Below, piece by piece: positions 56,083-64,000 of a DNA stretch of 64,000 nt; the first letter of the stretch is position 1; each line of letters starts with the position of its first letter. Below the pieces are notes generated by a model. The model ran no database searches. It was not told the DNA's origin and worked only from the letters and a program-made list of their open reading frames with translations. This stretch comes from Thermoplasmata archaeon (lineage in GTDB: Archaea; Thermoplasmatota; Thermoplasmata; Lutacidiplasmatales; UBA184): NCBI GenBank assembly GCA_021816955.1, contig JAKAWP010000001.1, positions 10,290 to 74,289 of the forward strand, given 5' to 3'. Made by a program: the position numbers and the translations under genes.

Positions 56083-56681
56083 GCCGACGGCGGGGCGCTG
56101 TCGCCGTTCGTCGCGGGGGGGCTCGGCGCGGGCGGGGTCGGGAGCTCGCTCTCCAGGACCGCTTGGAGGCGGTCGGCGCGCCGGACGAACGCCTGCGCTT
56201 CCGCCTCCTCGGCCGACGCGACCTCGAGGAATCGGTCCTCCTTCACCTTGAGTTCGGCGGCCCGCTGGGCTTTCTGCGTCGCCCGGAGCTCGAGGCGACC
56301 GGCCGCGTTCTCGAGGTTGGCGATCCGCTGCTGAAGCTTACGGATGCGGTACTGCAGCGCCGTCAGGTCCGAGCCACCCGTCGACCCGGCCGCCTTCGCC
56401 TCGCTTTCGAGCTGCTGGATCTCCTGCTCGACGCCGGGGATCTCGTTCCGCTTCGCTTGGGCCTTCTCGCGGAGGACCGTCGCCTGGTGGCGGATCCGCT
56501 CGATCTTGGTCGAGAGGCGGGCCGCGCGCTCGCGGGCCCGCGTCGCGGCCTGCTGGTGGCGGGCCGCGATCTCGCGCAGCTTCGTCACGTCGCCGTATGC
56601 TTCGCCTCGCCACCGGCTCGCCCGCAACGAGGCGAGCGAGGGACCCGACGGGGCCGGGGGAGGACCGCCTCCGGTCGTCAT
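56079..56681 (-). CDS. Coiled-coil hypothetical protein
   Basis: Heptad-rich Q/A/R/E/K central region, Pro-rich ends; stop overlaps downstream start. Confidence 0.35.
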   Translation of the reverse strand: MTTGGGPPPAPSGPSLASLRASRWRGEAYGDVTKLREIAARHQQAATRARERAARLSTKIERIRHQATVLREKAQAKRNEIPGVEQEIQQLESEAKAAGSTGGSDLTALQYRIRKLQQRIANLENAAGRLELRATQKAQRAAELKVKEDRFLEVASAEEAEAQAFVRRADRLQAVLESELPTPPAPSPPATNGDSAPPSA

Positions 56682-56747
56682 CGGCCCGAGAACGGGAACG
56701 TGCCATATAGCCGTTGTTGCCCAACGGCGCTCGACCGTCCGGGCGGT

Positions 56748-58256
56748 CTAGCCCGCGCGGGGCGGGTGCGGGAAGACGAACGCCGGCCGGAGCCGCGCGG
56801 CGAGCCGGGCGCGGGCGAGCCGCTCCTGCGAGCGATCGTCGCGGAGACGAACGGTCACCGTGCCCTGCGCGGGGCCCGGCTCGATCGTCTCCCGGTCGAC
56901 GGTGACGGCGAACGGGATCCCGGCCTCGTCGACCCGCGCATAGCGGCGGCCGACGTTGCCGGCGTCGTCGTACTCGACGGCCCATCCTTCGCCGCGCAGC
57001 TCCTCCGCGATCGTTCGGGCGACCGGACCGTGCTCCTTCTTGAGCAGCGGAAAGACGGCGACTTGGAGGGGGGCGAGGTACGGCGGGAGCTTCCAGACGG
57101 TCCGCTCCCCGTCCCGGACGAGGTGGAGGTCGGCGAGCGCCCAGAGGTTGCGGTCGACGCCGAACGTGAGCTCGAGGACGTGGGGAACGATCCGACGGCC
57201 GTCCCCGGTCGTCACCGCGAGGTCGCGCCCGCTCCCAGCGCTGTGCCGGGAGAGGTCGTAGTCGCCCCGATAATGCACGGCCCCGACCTCCCGGAACCCT
57301 CCGAGGCTGTCGAGGTTCACCTCGACGTCGAACTGGAGCCGGTTGTAGAACGCCCGCTCCGTCTCCGACTTTTCGAACAGTCGCAGCCGGCCCGCCGGGT
57401 AGCCGAGCACGTCGCGGTAGAACCGGTGGGCCATCGCGAGGTGGTAGGCGAAGAACTCTGGCACGTTCTCCTCGCGCACGAGCGCCTCGACGGTCGTCGG
57501 GTGGATCGATTCGTCGCCGGCGGCCCGCCGCCGGGCCAGGACGAGCGGAAGCGCGTCGTGGCGGACGACGTCGATCGGCACCGTCCAACGCTCCGGGTCG
57601 AAGAAGATCTGGAGCTCGGCTTGGGTGAACGCCCGCAGGCGGTAGAGGATCTGGCGCGGCGCGATCTCGTTGCGGAACGCCTTGCCCACGACTGCGATTC
57701 CGAGCGGGAGCGCCTTGCGTCCGACCTCCCACATCCGCGCGAACGCGAGGTAGCTGTTCTGGGCCGTTTCCGGGCGCAAGTACGCCCGGTCCCCGGCAGC
57801 GGCGCCGAACTCGAGCCCGAACATCAGGTTGAACGGGCGGGGCACGCGAAGGCGCTCGGCGCCGCACGCCGGACAGCGCGGCGCGAACCGCCGCACGAGG
57901 TCGGCGATCGCCTCGGACGACAGGCCGTCGACCCCTTCGGGCCGCGCGGACTCGAGGATCGTGTCGGCCCGATACGCCCGGTGGCAGCCGTCGCAGACGA
58001 CCTCGGGATCGGTGAAGTTCTCGAGATGGCCGGACGCGCGGACGACCGCTTCGGGGAGCAGCTCGGCCGGGTCGATCTCGTAGTAATCGTCGGACAGCCC
58101 CAAGAACCATGCCCGCCAGGCGTCTTCGATCCGGCGCTTGAGCGCCGCCCCGAGCGGCCCGTAGTCGTAGAGGCCTTGGGCCCCCCCGTAGATCTCGCTC
58201 GACGGCCAGAGGACCCCGCGACGGCGAAGGAGCGCGTACAGTTCGTCGGAGTTCAT
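56748..58256 (-). CDS. glyS: Glycyl-tRNA synthetase (archaeal/eukaryal class II type)
   Basis: N-terminal IYGGAQGLYDYGPLG motif; Cys cluster insertion; ATG 58256. Confidence 0.75.
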   Translation of the reverse strand: MNSDELYALLRRRGVLWPSSEIYGGAQGLYDYGPLGAALKRRIEDAWRAWFLGLSDDYYEIDPAELLPEAVVRASGHLENFTDPEVVCDGCHRAYRADTILESARPEGVDGLSSEAIADLVRRFAPRCPACGAERLRVPRPFNLMFGLEFGAAAGDRAYLRPETAQNSYLAFARMWEVGRKALPLGIAVVGKAFRNEIAPRQILYRLRAFTQAELQIFFDPERWTVPIDVVRHDALPLVLARRRAAGDESIHPTTVEALVREENVPEFFAYHLAMAHRFYRDVLGYPAGRLRLFEKSETERAFYNRLQFDVEVNLDSLGGFREVGAVHYRGDYDLSRHSAGSGRDLAVTTGDGRRIVPHVLELTFGVDRNLWALADLHLVRDGERTVWKLPPYLAPLQVAVFPLLKKEHGPVARTIAEELRGEGWAVEYDDAGNVGRRYARVDEAGIPFAVTVDRETIEPGPAQGTVTVRLRDDRSQERLARARLAARLRPAFVFPHPPRAG

Positions 58257-59344
58257 CGGCCGTCCCTCCCGGCCACCCACGAGCCGGTCCTTATCACGGC
58301 CGCGCCGCTCCCCCGGCTCACCAGTTGGTACGGCGGATCGTCCGGCGGGAGCCTCAGCGCGAGCGGGTGGGTCGACCCGCCGACCTCGATCCGCGCCTCG
58401 GAAGGAGTGCCGAGGAGGCGCCACGGCTCGACGAACGCGGCGCGGGCCAAGTACGACGCCGAGACCGGTCGTCGGGCGAGCCGACTCGCCAAGTAGGCAA
58501 ACTCGAGCTCCTGCCAGACGGTCGGCGGACGGAGCATGCCGTTGTCCGTCCCGAGGACGAGCCGAACGCCGAGCCGCTCCATCGTGGCGAGGTCCGGCCG
58601 ACGACCGAACAGCGCGTTCGACCGGGGACAGACCGCGACCACAACTCCGTCATCCCGCACTTGCTCGAGATCTCCCTCGGAAGCGCACGAGAGGTGGACG
58701 ACGAGGTCCGGTCGAGGCGAGAGATAGTCGCGGGGCGATTCGCGCCGCTCCTCGCTCGCGTGGAGCGCGTAGAGCTTCCGCTTCGCCCGGCACGCCCGTG
58801 CGACGGCCGCGCGGGTCTCGGCCGACTCCTCGCGGGCCGAGCTCAACCCGACCCCGTCGCTCTCTGCGAGGAGCGCGTCGAGCTCGGCCCGGTCGATCGG
58901 TCGGCGCAGCGGTCGACCCAGCACGACCGCTCGTACGCCCGCCGCGCGGGCGGCCCCTCGGAGGAGTCGGACGCCGGGGAGTCCTTCTTCGCGGAAGTCG
59001 ATCGTCGCCGCGACCCCGTCCCGCCGCATCCCGCGGAGGGCCCGGGTCATCGCCCGCCGTTTTTCCCCGTCGCTCGTGCGTCGCAGCAGCGTGAACTTGT
59101 AGCCGTCGGGCGGCCGGACGAGCTCCGCCAGCGAGACGGCGGGCGGCTCGCGAACCGACACCGAGTCCGCGAGGTGGGTATGTCCGTTCACGGGGGCGGG
59201 TACGACGATCCCTCGAAGCCGCCGCTCTCGTCCGTGGTCGGACGCCGTCCCCCGTTGACCGACCTCGACGATCCGGCCGTGACGGAGGCGGACGTAGCCC
59301 GGCCGCGAGCCGTCGGCGTCCAAGATCGCCCCGTCCACGATCAT
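58253..59344 (-). CDS. Metal-dependent amidohydrolase (chlorohydrolase/deaminase-like)
   Basis: PAPVNGHTHLADS metal-binding motif and later HASE / CPRSN motifs. Confidence 0.55.
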   Translation of the reverse strand: MIVDGAILDADGSRPGYVRLRHGRIVEVGQRGTASDHGRERRLRGIVVPAPVNGHTHLADSVSVREPPAVSLAELVRPPDGYKFTLLRRTSDGEKRRAMTRALRGMRRDGVAATIDFREEGLPGVRLLRGAARAAGVRAVVLGRPLRRPIDRAELDALLAESDGVGLSSAREESAETRAAVARACRAKRKLYALHASEERRESPRDYLSPRPDLVVHLSCASEGDLEQVRDDGVVVAVCPRSNALFGRRPDLATMERLGVRLVLGTDNGMLRPPTVWQELEFAYLASRLARRPVSASYLARAAFVEPWRLLGTPSEARIEVGGSTHPLALRLPPDDPPYQLVSRGSGAAVIRTGSWVAGRDGR

Positions 59345-59430
59345 GTCGGGGGAGCGGAGGGCACCTGTTAGTTAAAGCCCCCGGGCGCCAACGGCATAAG
59401 GGGTCGACCGGCTGCGCGGGCGGTGAGCGG

Positions 59431-60342
59431 ATGGACCGTAAGGGGCGAATGCCGCGGTCGCCGTCGCTATCGCTCGCCGTCGTCGGCCACGTGAACGTCG
59501 ACCGGTTCCTGCGGGTGCCCCGCCCGCTCGCTCGCGACCGAACCGTGCCGGTGATCGCTCGCTTCGAGCGGCTGGGCGGGACGGCCGCGAACATCGCGCT
59601 CGGGGCGGCCCGCCTCGGCGTACCCGTCGGCCTCGCCGGGCGGATCGGCCGCGATTTCCCTCCGCCGTTCCTCGCGGCGCTCCGCCGCTCGGGGATCGAT
59701 CTCGGAGGGCTCGAGCGCGTGCCCGGGCGGGAGACCCCCACCTGCACGATCGTGGAGGATCCTCGCGGAGAGACCTGCGTCCTCATCGAACAGGGCCCCA
59801 TGGACCGGAGCGCCGCGACGGCCCCTGTCCCGCGCGCCTGGCTTCGCCGGTTCGATTGGCTCCACCTCACCACGGGCGAGCCGAAGTGGCTTCTGCGCTG
59901 GGCGGAGGCGGCGCGCGCGCTCGGCGTGCGGGTGAGCGTCGACCCGGCCCAGGAGGTGCACTACCGCTGGTCGGCGGTGGCGCTCCGCCGGCTCCTAGCC
60001 GGAGCGGAGGTGTTGTTCGGCAACGCCCACGAGATCGACCGGGTCGTCTCGCTCCTCGGCCACCGCCGAGTCGAGGCGCTCCTTCGGCACGTCCCGGTCA
60101 TCGTCCGGACCGATGGCGCCCGGGGCGCCGTGGCGTACCACCGAGCGGGAGTTACCACGGCCGCGTCCCGGCCCGCCCGGCGCATCGCGACGACCGTCGG
60201 CGCCGGGGATGCGTTCCGGGCCGGATTCTTCCACCGATGGCTCTCGGGCGCTACGCTCTCCGCGGCGCTCCGGGCGGGCAATCTCGCCGCGTCCCGCTGG
60301 GTTCGGGGGGTCGGGCGGCCGATCGACCGAGCGTACCGATGA
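59431..60342 (+). CDS. PfkB-family carbohydrate/nucleoside kinase
   Basis: GGTAANIALGAARLG and C-terminal VGAGDAFRAGF motifs. Confidence 0.65.
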   Translation: MDRKGRMPRSPSLSLAVVGHVNVDRFLRVPRPLARDRTVPVIARFERLGGTAANIALGAARLGVPVGLAGRIGRDFPPPFLAALRRSGIDLGGLERVPGRETPTCTIVEDPRGETCVLIEQGPMDRSAATAPVPRAWLRRFDWLHLTTGEPKWLLRWAEAARALGVRVSVDPAQEVHYRWSAVALRRLLAGAEVLFGNAHEIDRVVSLLGHRRVEALLRHVPVIVRTDGARGAVAYHRAGVTTAASRPARRIATTVGAGDAFRAGFFHRWLSGATLSAALRAGNLAASRWVRGVGRPIDRAYR

Positions 60343-61595
60343 AGTTCCGGTTGTTCACCACTCTTCTCTCGCCCGACGACGCGCTAGACCGATCGCTCCG
60401 GGCGACCGAGCCGATTCGCCGAACCGAGACGATATCCGTATCGACCGCGCTCGGCCGCGTGGCGGCCGAACCGGTCCGCGCGCCTCGCCCCGTCCCTCCG
60501 ACGAACCGGGCGACATGGGACGGCTATGCGGTCCGCGCCGCGGACCTGCGGGGCGCCTCGGCCGAACGGCCGGCGGAGCTCCGGCTCGTCGGAAGCGCGT
60601 ACGCGGAGGATCGGCTCGTTCGCCGGTTGCGCCCGGGGCAGACGATCGCGGTCGCCACGGGCGCTCGGATGCCGGCGGGCGCGAACGCGGTCGTGATCGC
60701 CGAGCACGCCCGCGTCGTCGGGTCCCGGGTCCGCATCGCCCGCCCCGTGGCTCCGGGCGATCGGGTCGTGCGAGCGGGGGAGGACTTTCCGCGCGGGACG
60801 CTCCTCGCGGCCCAAGGGGACGTGTTGGGGGCCGCCCAGCTTGGGGCGATCGCCTCCGCCGGACGCGCCGGCCTCACCGTCTACGCCCAGCCCCGGGTCG
60901 CGATCGTCCCGAACGGCAACGAGCTCGTCCCGCCCGGCGTCCGGCCCGCACCGGGCCAGATCGTCGAGTCGAACAACGTCGCGCTCGCGGCGGTCGTCCG
61001 CGCCGCGGGCGGCGTCCCGATCCTCTACCCGCCCGTGCCGGACGATCCGCGGACGATCGAGCGGGTGCTCCGACGTGCGGCCGACCGCGCCGACCTCGTT
61101 CTCGCGACGGGCGGGAGTTCCGTCGGCGAGCACGATTGGCTGCCGACGGTCTTTTCCCGAATCGGCCGGCGGCTCTTCCACGGGATCGCAGTCCGGCCCG
61201 GCAAGCCGACGCTGGCCGCCGTCCGACGGGGGCGGCTGCTGATCGGTCTTCCGGGCCATCCGACGTCCTGCCTCGCGAACTCGTTCTGGCTCGTCACGCC
61301 GGTGCTGCGTCGGCTCGCCCGGTTGCCGGGCCCGGGCTGGTCGGACGGCACCGCGCGCTGGGGAGGGCCGACGGTCGCGCCGACACCGGGGTTCGCGATG
61401 GTGGTGCCGATCCGGCTCGTTCGCGGCCGGGCGTACTCCACGTTCCGGGACTCCTCGGCGATCACGAGCCTCTTCGGCGCGAGCGCCTACGCGCTCCTCC
61501 CCCCGCGTCGCCGCCCCGTCCGACCGGGGGACCGGATCCCGATCCGCCACCTCTGGCCCCCCCTCGGCCCGCCCGTCCCGGTCGCGAATCGTTAA
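60339..61595 (+). CDS. moeA: Molybdopterin molybdenumtransferase MoeA
   Basis: MoeA N-domain then MoCF-binding LVLATGGSSVGEHD; ATG overlaps pfkB stop. Confidence 0.75.
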   Translation: MKFRLFTTLLSPDDALDRSLRATEPIRRTETISVSTALGRVAAEPVRAPRPVPPTNRATWDGYAVRAADLRGASAERPAELRLVGSAYAEDRLVRRLRPGQTIAVATGARMPAGANAVVIAEHARVVGSRVRIARPVAPGDRVVRAGEDFPRGTLLAAQGDVLGAAQLGAIASAGRAGLTVYAQPRVAIVPNGNELVPPGVRPAPGQIVESNNVALAAVVRAAGGVPILYPPVPDDPRTIERVLRRAADRADLVLATGGSSVGEHDWLPTVFSRIGRRLFHGIAVRPGKPTLAAVRRGRLLIGLPGHPTSCLANSFWLVTPVLRRLARLPGPGWSDGTARWGGPTVAPTPGFAMVVPIRLVRGRAYSTFRDSSAITSLFGASAYALLPPRRRPVRPGDRIPIRHLWPPLGPPVPVANR

Positions 61596-61619
61596 GGCCG
61601 CGGCCCGGGTGCTTCGGTT

Positions 61620-62543
61620 GTGGCGCCCGCGCGATTGTCGGCCGCGATTCTCGCCATCGAAGGAACCAACTGCGATGCCGAACTCCGAACCGCGCTCACC
61701 GAGGTCGGGACGGCCGCCGAAGTCGTCCACCTGAACCAGCTGACCGGTCGGTCGGTAGAGCCCAGCGAGCGCCGCCGGCTCCTCGACTACGACCTGGCGC
61801 TGATCCCCGGGGGCTTCTCCGCGGGCGACTACGTGCGGGCCGGAGCGATCTTCGCCGCCCGGCTTGCGACGTCGCTCCGGGACGACCTCGAATCGTTCGT
61901 CCGATCGGGTCGGCTGCTCGGCGGCATCTGCAACGGCTTCCAAGTCCTGGTCGAGCTCGGCCTCTTACCCGGACGGCCGGACGGACGGATCGGTTCCCCC
62001 GAAGCCGTCCTCCTCCCGAACGACTCCGGCCGGTTCGAGTGCCGTCCGACGTTCGTCGCGTGGACGGGGGGCCGCTTCGGCCCGTTGAAGGAGTGGCCCG
62101 CCGGCGCGCGGTTCCTCTTTCCGAGCGCGCACGCCGAAGGCAAGCTCGTGTTTGCAGAACCGGCCGAAGAGCGGCGGCGAGACGTCGAAGCGGCGGGGCA
62201 GGTCCTCTTTCGTTGGGTCGCCCCGGACGGCTCCCCCGCCGCCTATCCGTGGAACCCGAACGGGTCGGCCGGCGACATCGCAGGGCTCGTCAGTCCCGCA
62301 GGGAACGTCTTCGGGCTGATGCCGCACCCCGAGCGGGCGTTCTTCGCGCGGCAGATGCCCGAGCCGACCCGTCCCCGGCCGGCCGGTCGGTACGGGGACG
62401 GCTACGGCTTCTTCCGGTCCCTCGTCGACTACGCCCGGGGCGAGATGCGGGCGACGGACGCTTCGGCGAGCTCCGTCGGGGAACCGTCAACCGCCAGACA
62501 GAGAGCCGCTCGCCCTCGAGCGATCGCGTCGCCACCACGGTGA
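61620..62543 (+). CDS. purQ: FGAM synthase glutaminase subunit PurQ with C-terminal extension
   Basis: Class I GATase catalytic GICNGFQ and MPHPER. Confidence 0.75.
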   Translation: MAPARLSAAILAIEGTNCDAELRTALTEVGTAAEVVHLNQLTGRSVEPSERRRLLDYDLALIPGGFSAGDYVRAGAIFAARLATSLRDDLESFVRSGRLLGGICNGFQVLVELGLLPGRPDGRIGSPEAVLLPNDSGRFECRPTFVAWTGGRFGPLKEWPAGARFLFPSAHAEGKLVFAEPAEERRRDVEAAGQVLFRWVAPDGSPAAYPWNPNGSAGDIAGLVSPAGNVFGLMPHPERAFFARQMPEPTRPRPAGRYGDGYGFFRSLVDYARGEMRATDASASSVGEPSTARQRAARPRAIASPPR

Positions 62544-63090
62544 CCCGCCCGCCCTGCGCGACAAACCGCGCCCGGGCGCGCGCAAGCGCCCGCGGTGCCT
62601 GGACTGACGAGACGACGAGGTACGCCTCCCCGCCGGGCGTGAGGTGGTCGGCGACTTCATGCAAAAACCGCCGCGTCAGCGCGCAGCCGTCCGGGCCGCC
62701 GTTCACCGCCCGGTCGTGCTCGGGGTCCGGATCCGCAGCGCCGGGCGGGACCGGGAGGTACGGTGGGTTGAACAGGATCCGGTCGAACCGACCGAGTCCG
62801 TCGAACAGGTCGGTCCGCACGAGACCGATCGGGAGGCGTTCGCGCCGGGCGAGCCGCGCGAGCCGGAGAAGCGCCGTCCGGTTCACGTCGGTCGCGACGA
62901 CCCGGGCGCCGTGCCGAGCCGCGTCGAGCGCGGCCAAGCCGGCCCCCGTGCCGAGGTCGGCGAGCGCGGCGCCGGCCGCTCCTCGGGCGAACGGCAGGAG
63001 CAGATAGGTGTCTTCGCGAGGCGGGTAGACGTGCGCGTCGTCCGGATCGGGCGCGCTCGTTCCTCGCGGGGCCGGCTCGGGGTCGGTCAT
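62290..63090 (-). CDS. HemK/PrmC-like (Mtq2-type) SAM methyltransferase with Arg/Ser/Pro-rich tail
   Basis: SAM motif LADLGTGAGL and substrate motif ILFNPPYLP; tail overlaps purQ 3' end by about 250 bp. Confidence 0.6.
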   Translation of the reverse strand: MTDPEPAPRGTSAPDPDDAHVYPPREDTYLLLPFARGAAGAALADLGTGAGLAALDAARHGARVVATDVNRTALLRLARLARRERLPIGLVRTDLFDGLGRFDRILFNPPYLPVPPGAADPDPEHDRAVNGGPDGCALTRRFLHEVADHLTPGGEAYLVVSSVQAPRALARARARFVAQGGRVTVVATRSLEGERLSVWRLTVPRRSSPKRPSPASRPGRSRRGTGRSRSRPRTDRPAGDGSARASAARRTPARGAASARRRSLRD

Positions 63091-63168
63091 CGGCGGGCGG
63101 GACCGTCCATCGCGCAGAGCTCATATCCGATGGGGGCGTTCTGACGGTGTTTTGGCCGGGATGCATCA

Positions 63169-63726
63169 ATGGCGCGACGGGCAGCGGCTCCGGTGAAGAT
63201 CGCGATTACCGGTCTACCGGGCTCGGGCAAGACCCAAACGCTCCTGCGGATCATCCAGCTGCTCGAGAAGGATGGGCTGACCGTTGGGGGGATGATCACC
63301 GAGCCGATCGTCGAGCGGCACCGGCCGACGGGCTTCCAGATCGTCAACTGGATCACGAAGGAAAAGGCGGTCTTCGCCCACGAAGGGATGCGGACGCGGG
63401 TCCGCTCGGGCCGGTTCGGCATCGACGTCCACGCGCTCGAGGACCTCGGGACCCGCGCGCTCGCCGACGCCCGCGCGGAGGCCGACGTGATCGTCATCGA
63501 CGAGGTCGGCAAGATGGACGTCGAGAGCGAGCTGTTCGGCCAGAGCGTGATCGACACGCTCGACACGAACAAGTCGATCATCATGACGCTTCATAAGAAG
63601 TCCCGCAATCCGCTCCTCCAGGACATCCGACGGAGGGACGAGCTACGGCTGCTCGAGGTGACGCCGGTGAACAAGAACCTCCTCGCGTTCAAGGTCGTCG
63701 GCCTCGTGACCGGCGAGGGCCGCTGA
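63169..63726 (+). CDS. Nucleoside-triphosphatase THEP1 family
   Basis: KIAITGLPGSGKTQTL Walker A and DEVGKMD Walker B. Confidence 0.7.
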   Translation: MARRAAAPVKIAITGLPGSGKTQTLLRIIQLLEKDGLTVGGMITEPIVERHRPTGFQIVNWITKEKAVFAHEGMRTRVRSGRFGIDVHALEDLGTRALADARAEADVIVIDEVGKMDVESELFGQSVIDTLDTNKSIIMTLHKKSRNPLLQDIRRRDELRLLEVTPVNKNLLAFKVVGLVTGEGR

Positions 63727-64000
63727 CCGTACGGCTCGCCCGCGAGGGGTCGACCCCGCTCTACCTTCCCGTCACCCCTTTCTCCCGCGGACCCGCCGCC
63801 CGGTCGCCGATCTTCTACAACCCCGCGATGGCGTTCGACCGGGACTTGGCGGTCGTCTTCGCCGCCCACGCGGCCCGCCGCTTCCCCGGCGACAGCGCCG
63901 GCTGGGAGATGCTCGCCGCCACCGGCGCGCGCAGCCTACGGATGGCGCACGAAGGGCGCTACCCGGCCCGTTGGCATCTCACCGAGGCCCATCCGGACGC
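63723..64000 (+). CDS. trm1: tRNA (guanine26-N2)-dimethyltransferase Trm1, 5' part only (continues beyond window), start codon unclear
   Basis: IFYNPAMAFDRDLAVV Trm1 N-terminal signature; no ATG/GTG/TTG in frame after the THEP1 stop. Confidence 0.5.
   Translation, partial: MTVRLAREGSTPLYLPVTPFSRGPAARSPIFYNPAMAFDRDLAVVFAAHAARRFPGDSAGWEMLAATGARSLRMAHEGRYPARWHLTEAHPD

Noticed and set aside
1-64000. CRISPR arrays, insertion sequences, integrases, rRNA genes
   Set aside because: No direct-repeat/spacer periodicity, no transposase or integrase motifs, and no rRNA-like conserved stretches were seen. The only stable RNA found is one tRNA.

Overview
High-GC (about 68-70%) archaeal chromosome segment, gene-dense, with about 75 protein genes, one tRNA, no rRNA, no CRISPR and no mobile elements. 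Content points to a Euryarchaeota / Thermoplasmata-like aerobe: aEF-2 with diphthamide motif, RadB, pyruvoyl arginine decarboxylase, S8e/SRP19/GPN operon, the conserved exosome superoperon, and a proteasome alpha N-terminus almost identical to the Thermoplasma type. The most unusual structure is a SoxM-like aerobic respiratory locus (2368-14360). Two membrane-anchored, N-glycosylation-sequon-rich cupredoxins and a CuA subunit II flank a single tightly overlapping + strand operon: tatA-tatC-tatA2-small ORF-Rieske-cyt b-two small membrane ORFs-coxI-ctaA-ctaB. An AbrB-PhoU regulator sits directly upstream. Other content: heptose-pathway genes fused next to a CBS-ParB-like protein, non-phosphorylative ED enzymes, an OFOR + ADP-forming acetyl-CoA synthetase + MoaDE block, PolB + UDG4, pyrC/purM/purQ, glyS, moeA. 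Operon-first genes carry AT-rich TATA boxes 25-40 bp upstream of the start codon (leaderless or near-leaderless). Many internal genes overlap by ATGA/GTGA. Several unrelated enzymes end in Arg/Pro-rich tails that create long convergent 3' overlaps. All long antisense ORFs in the track were treated as GC artefacts.
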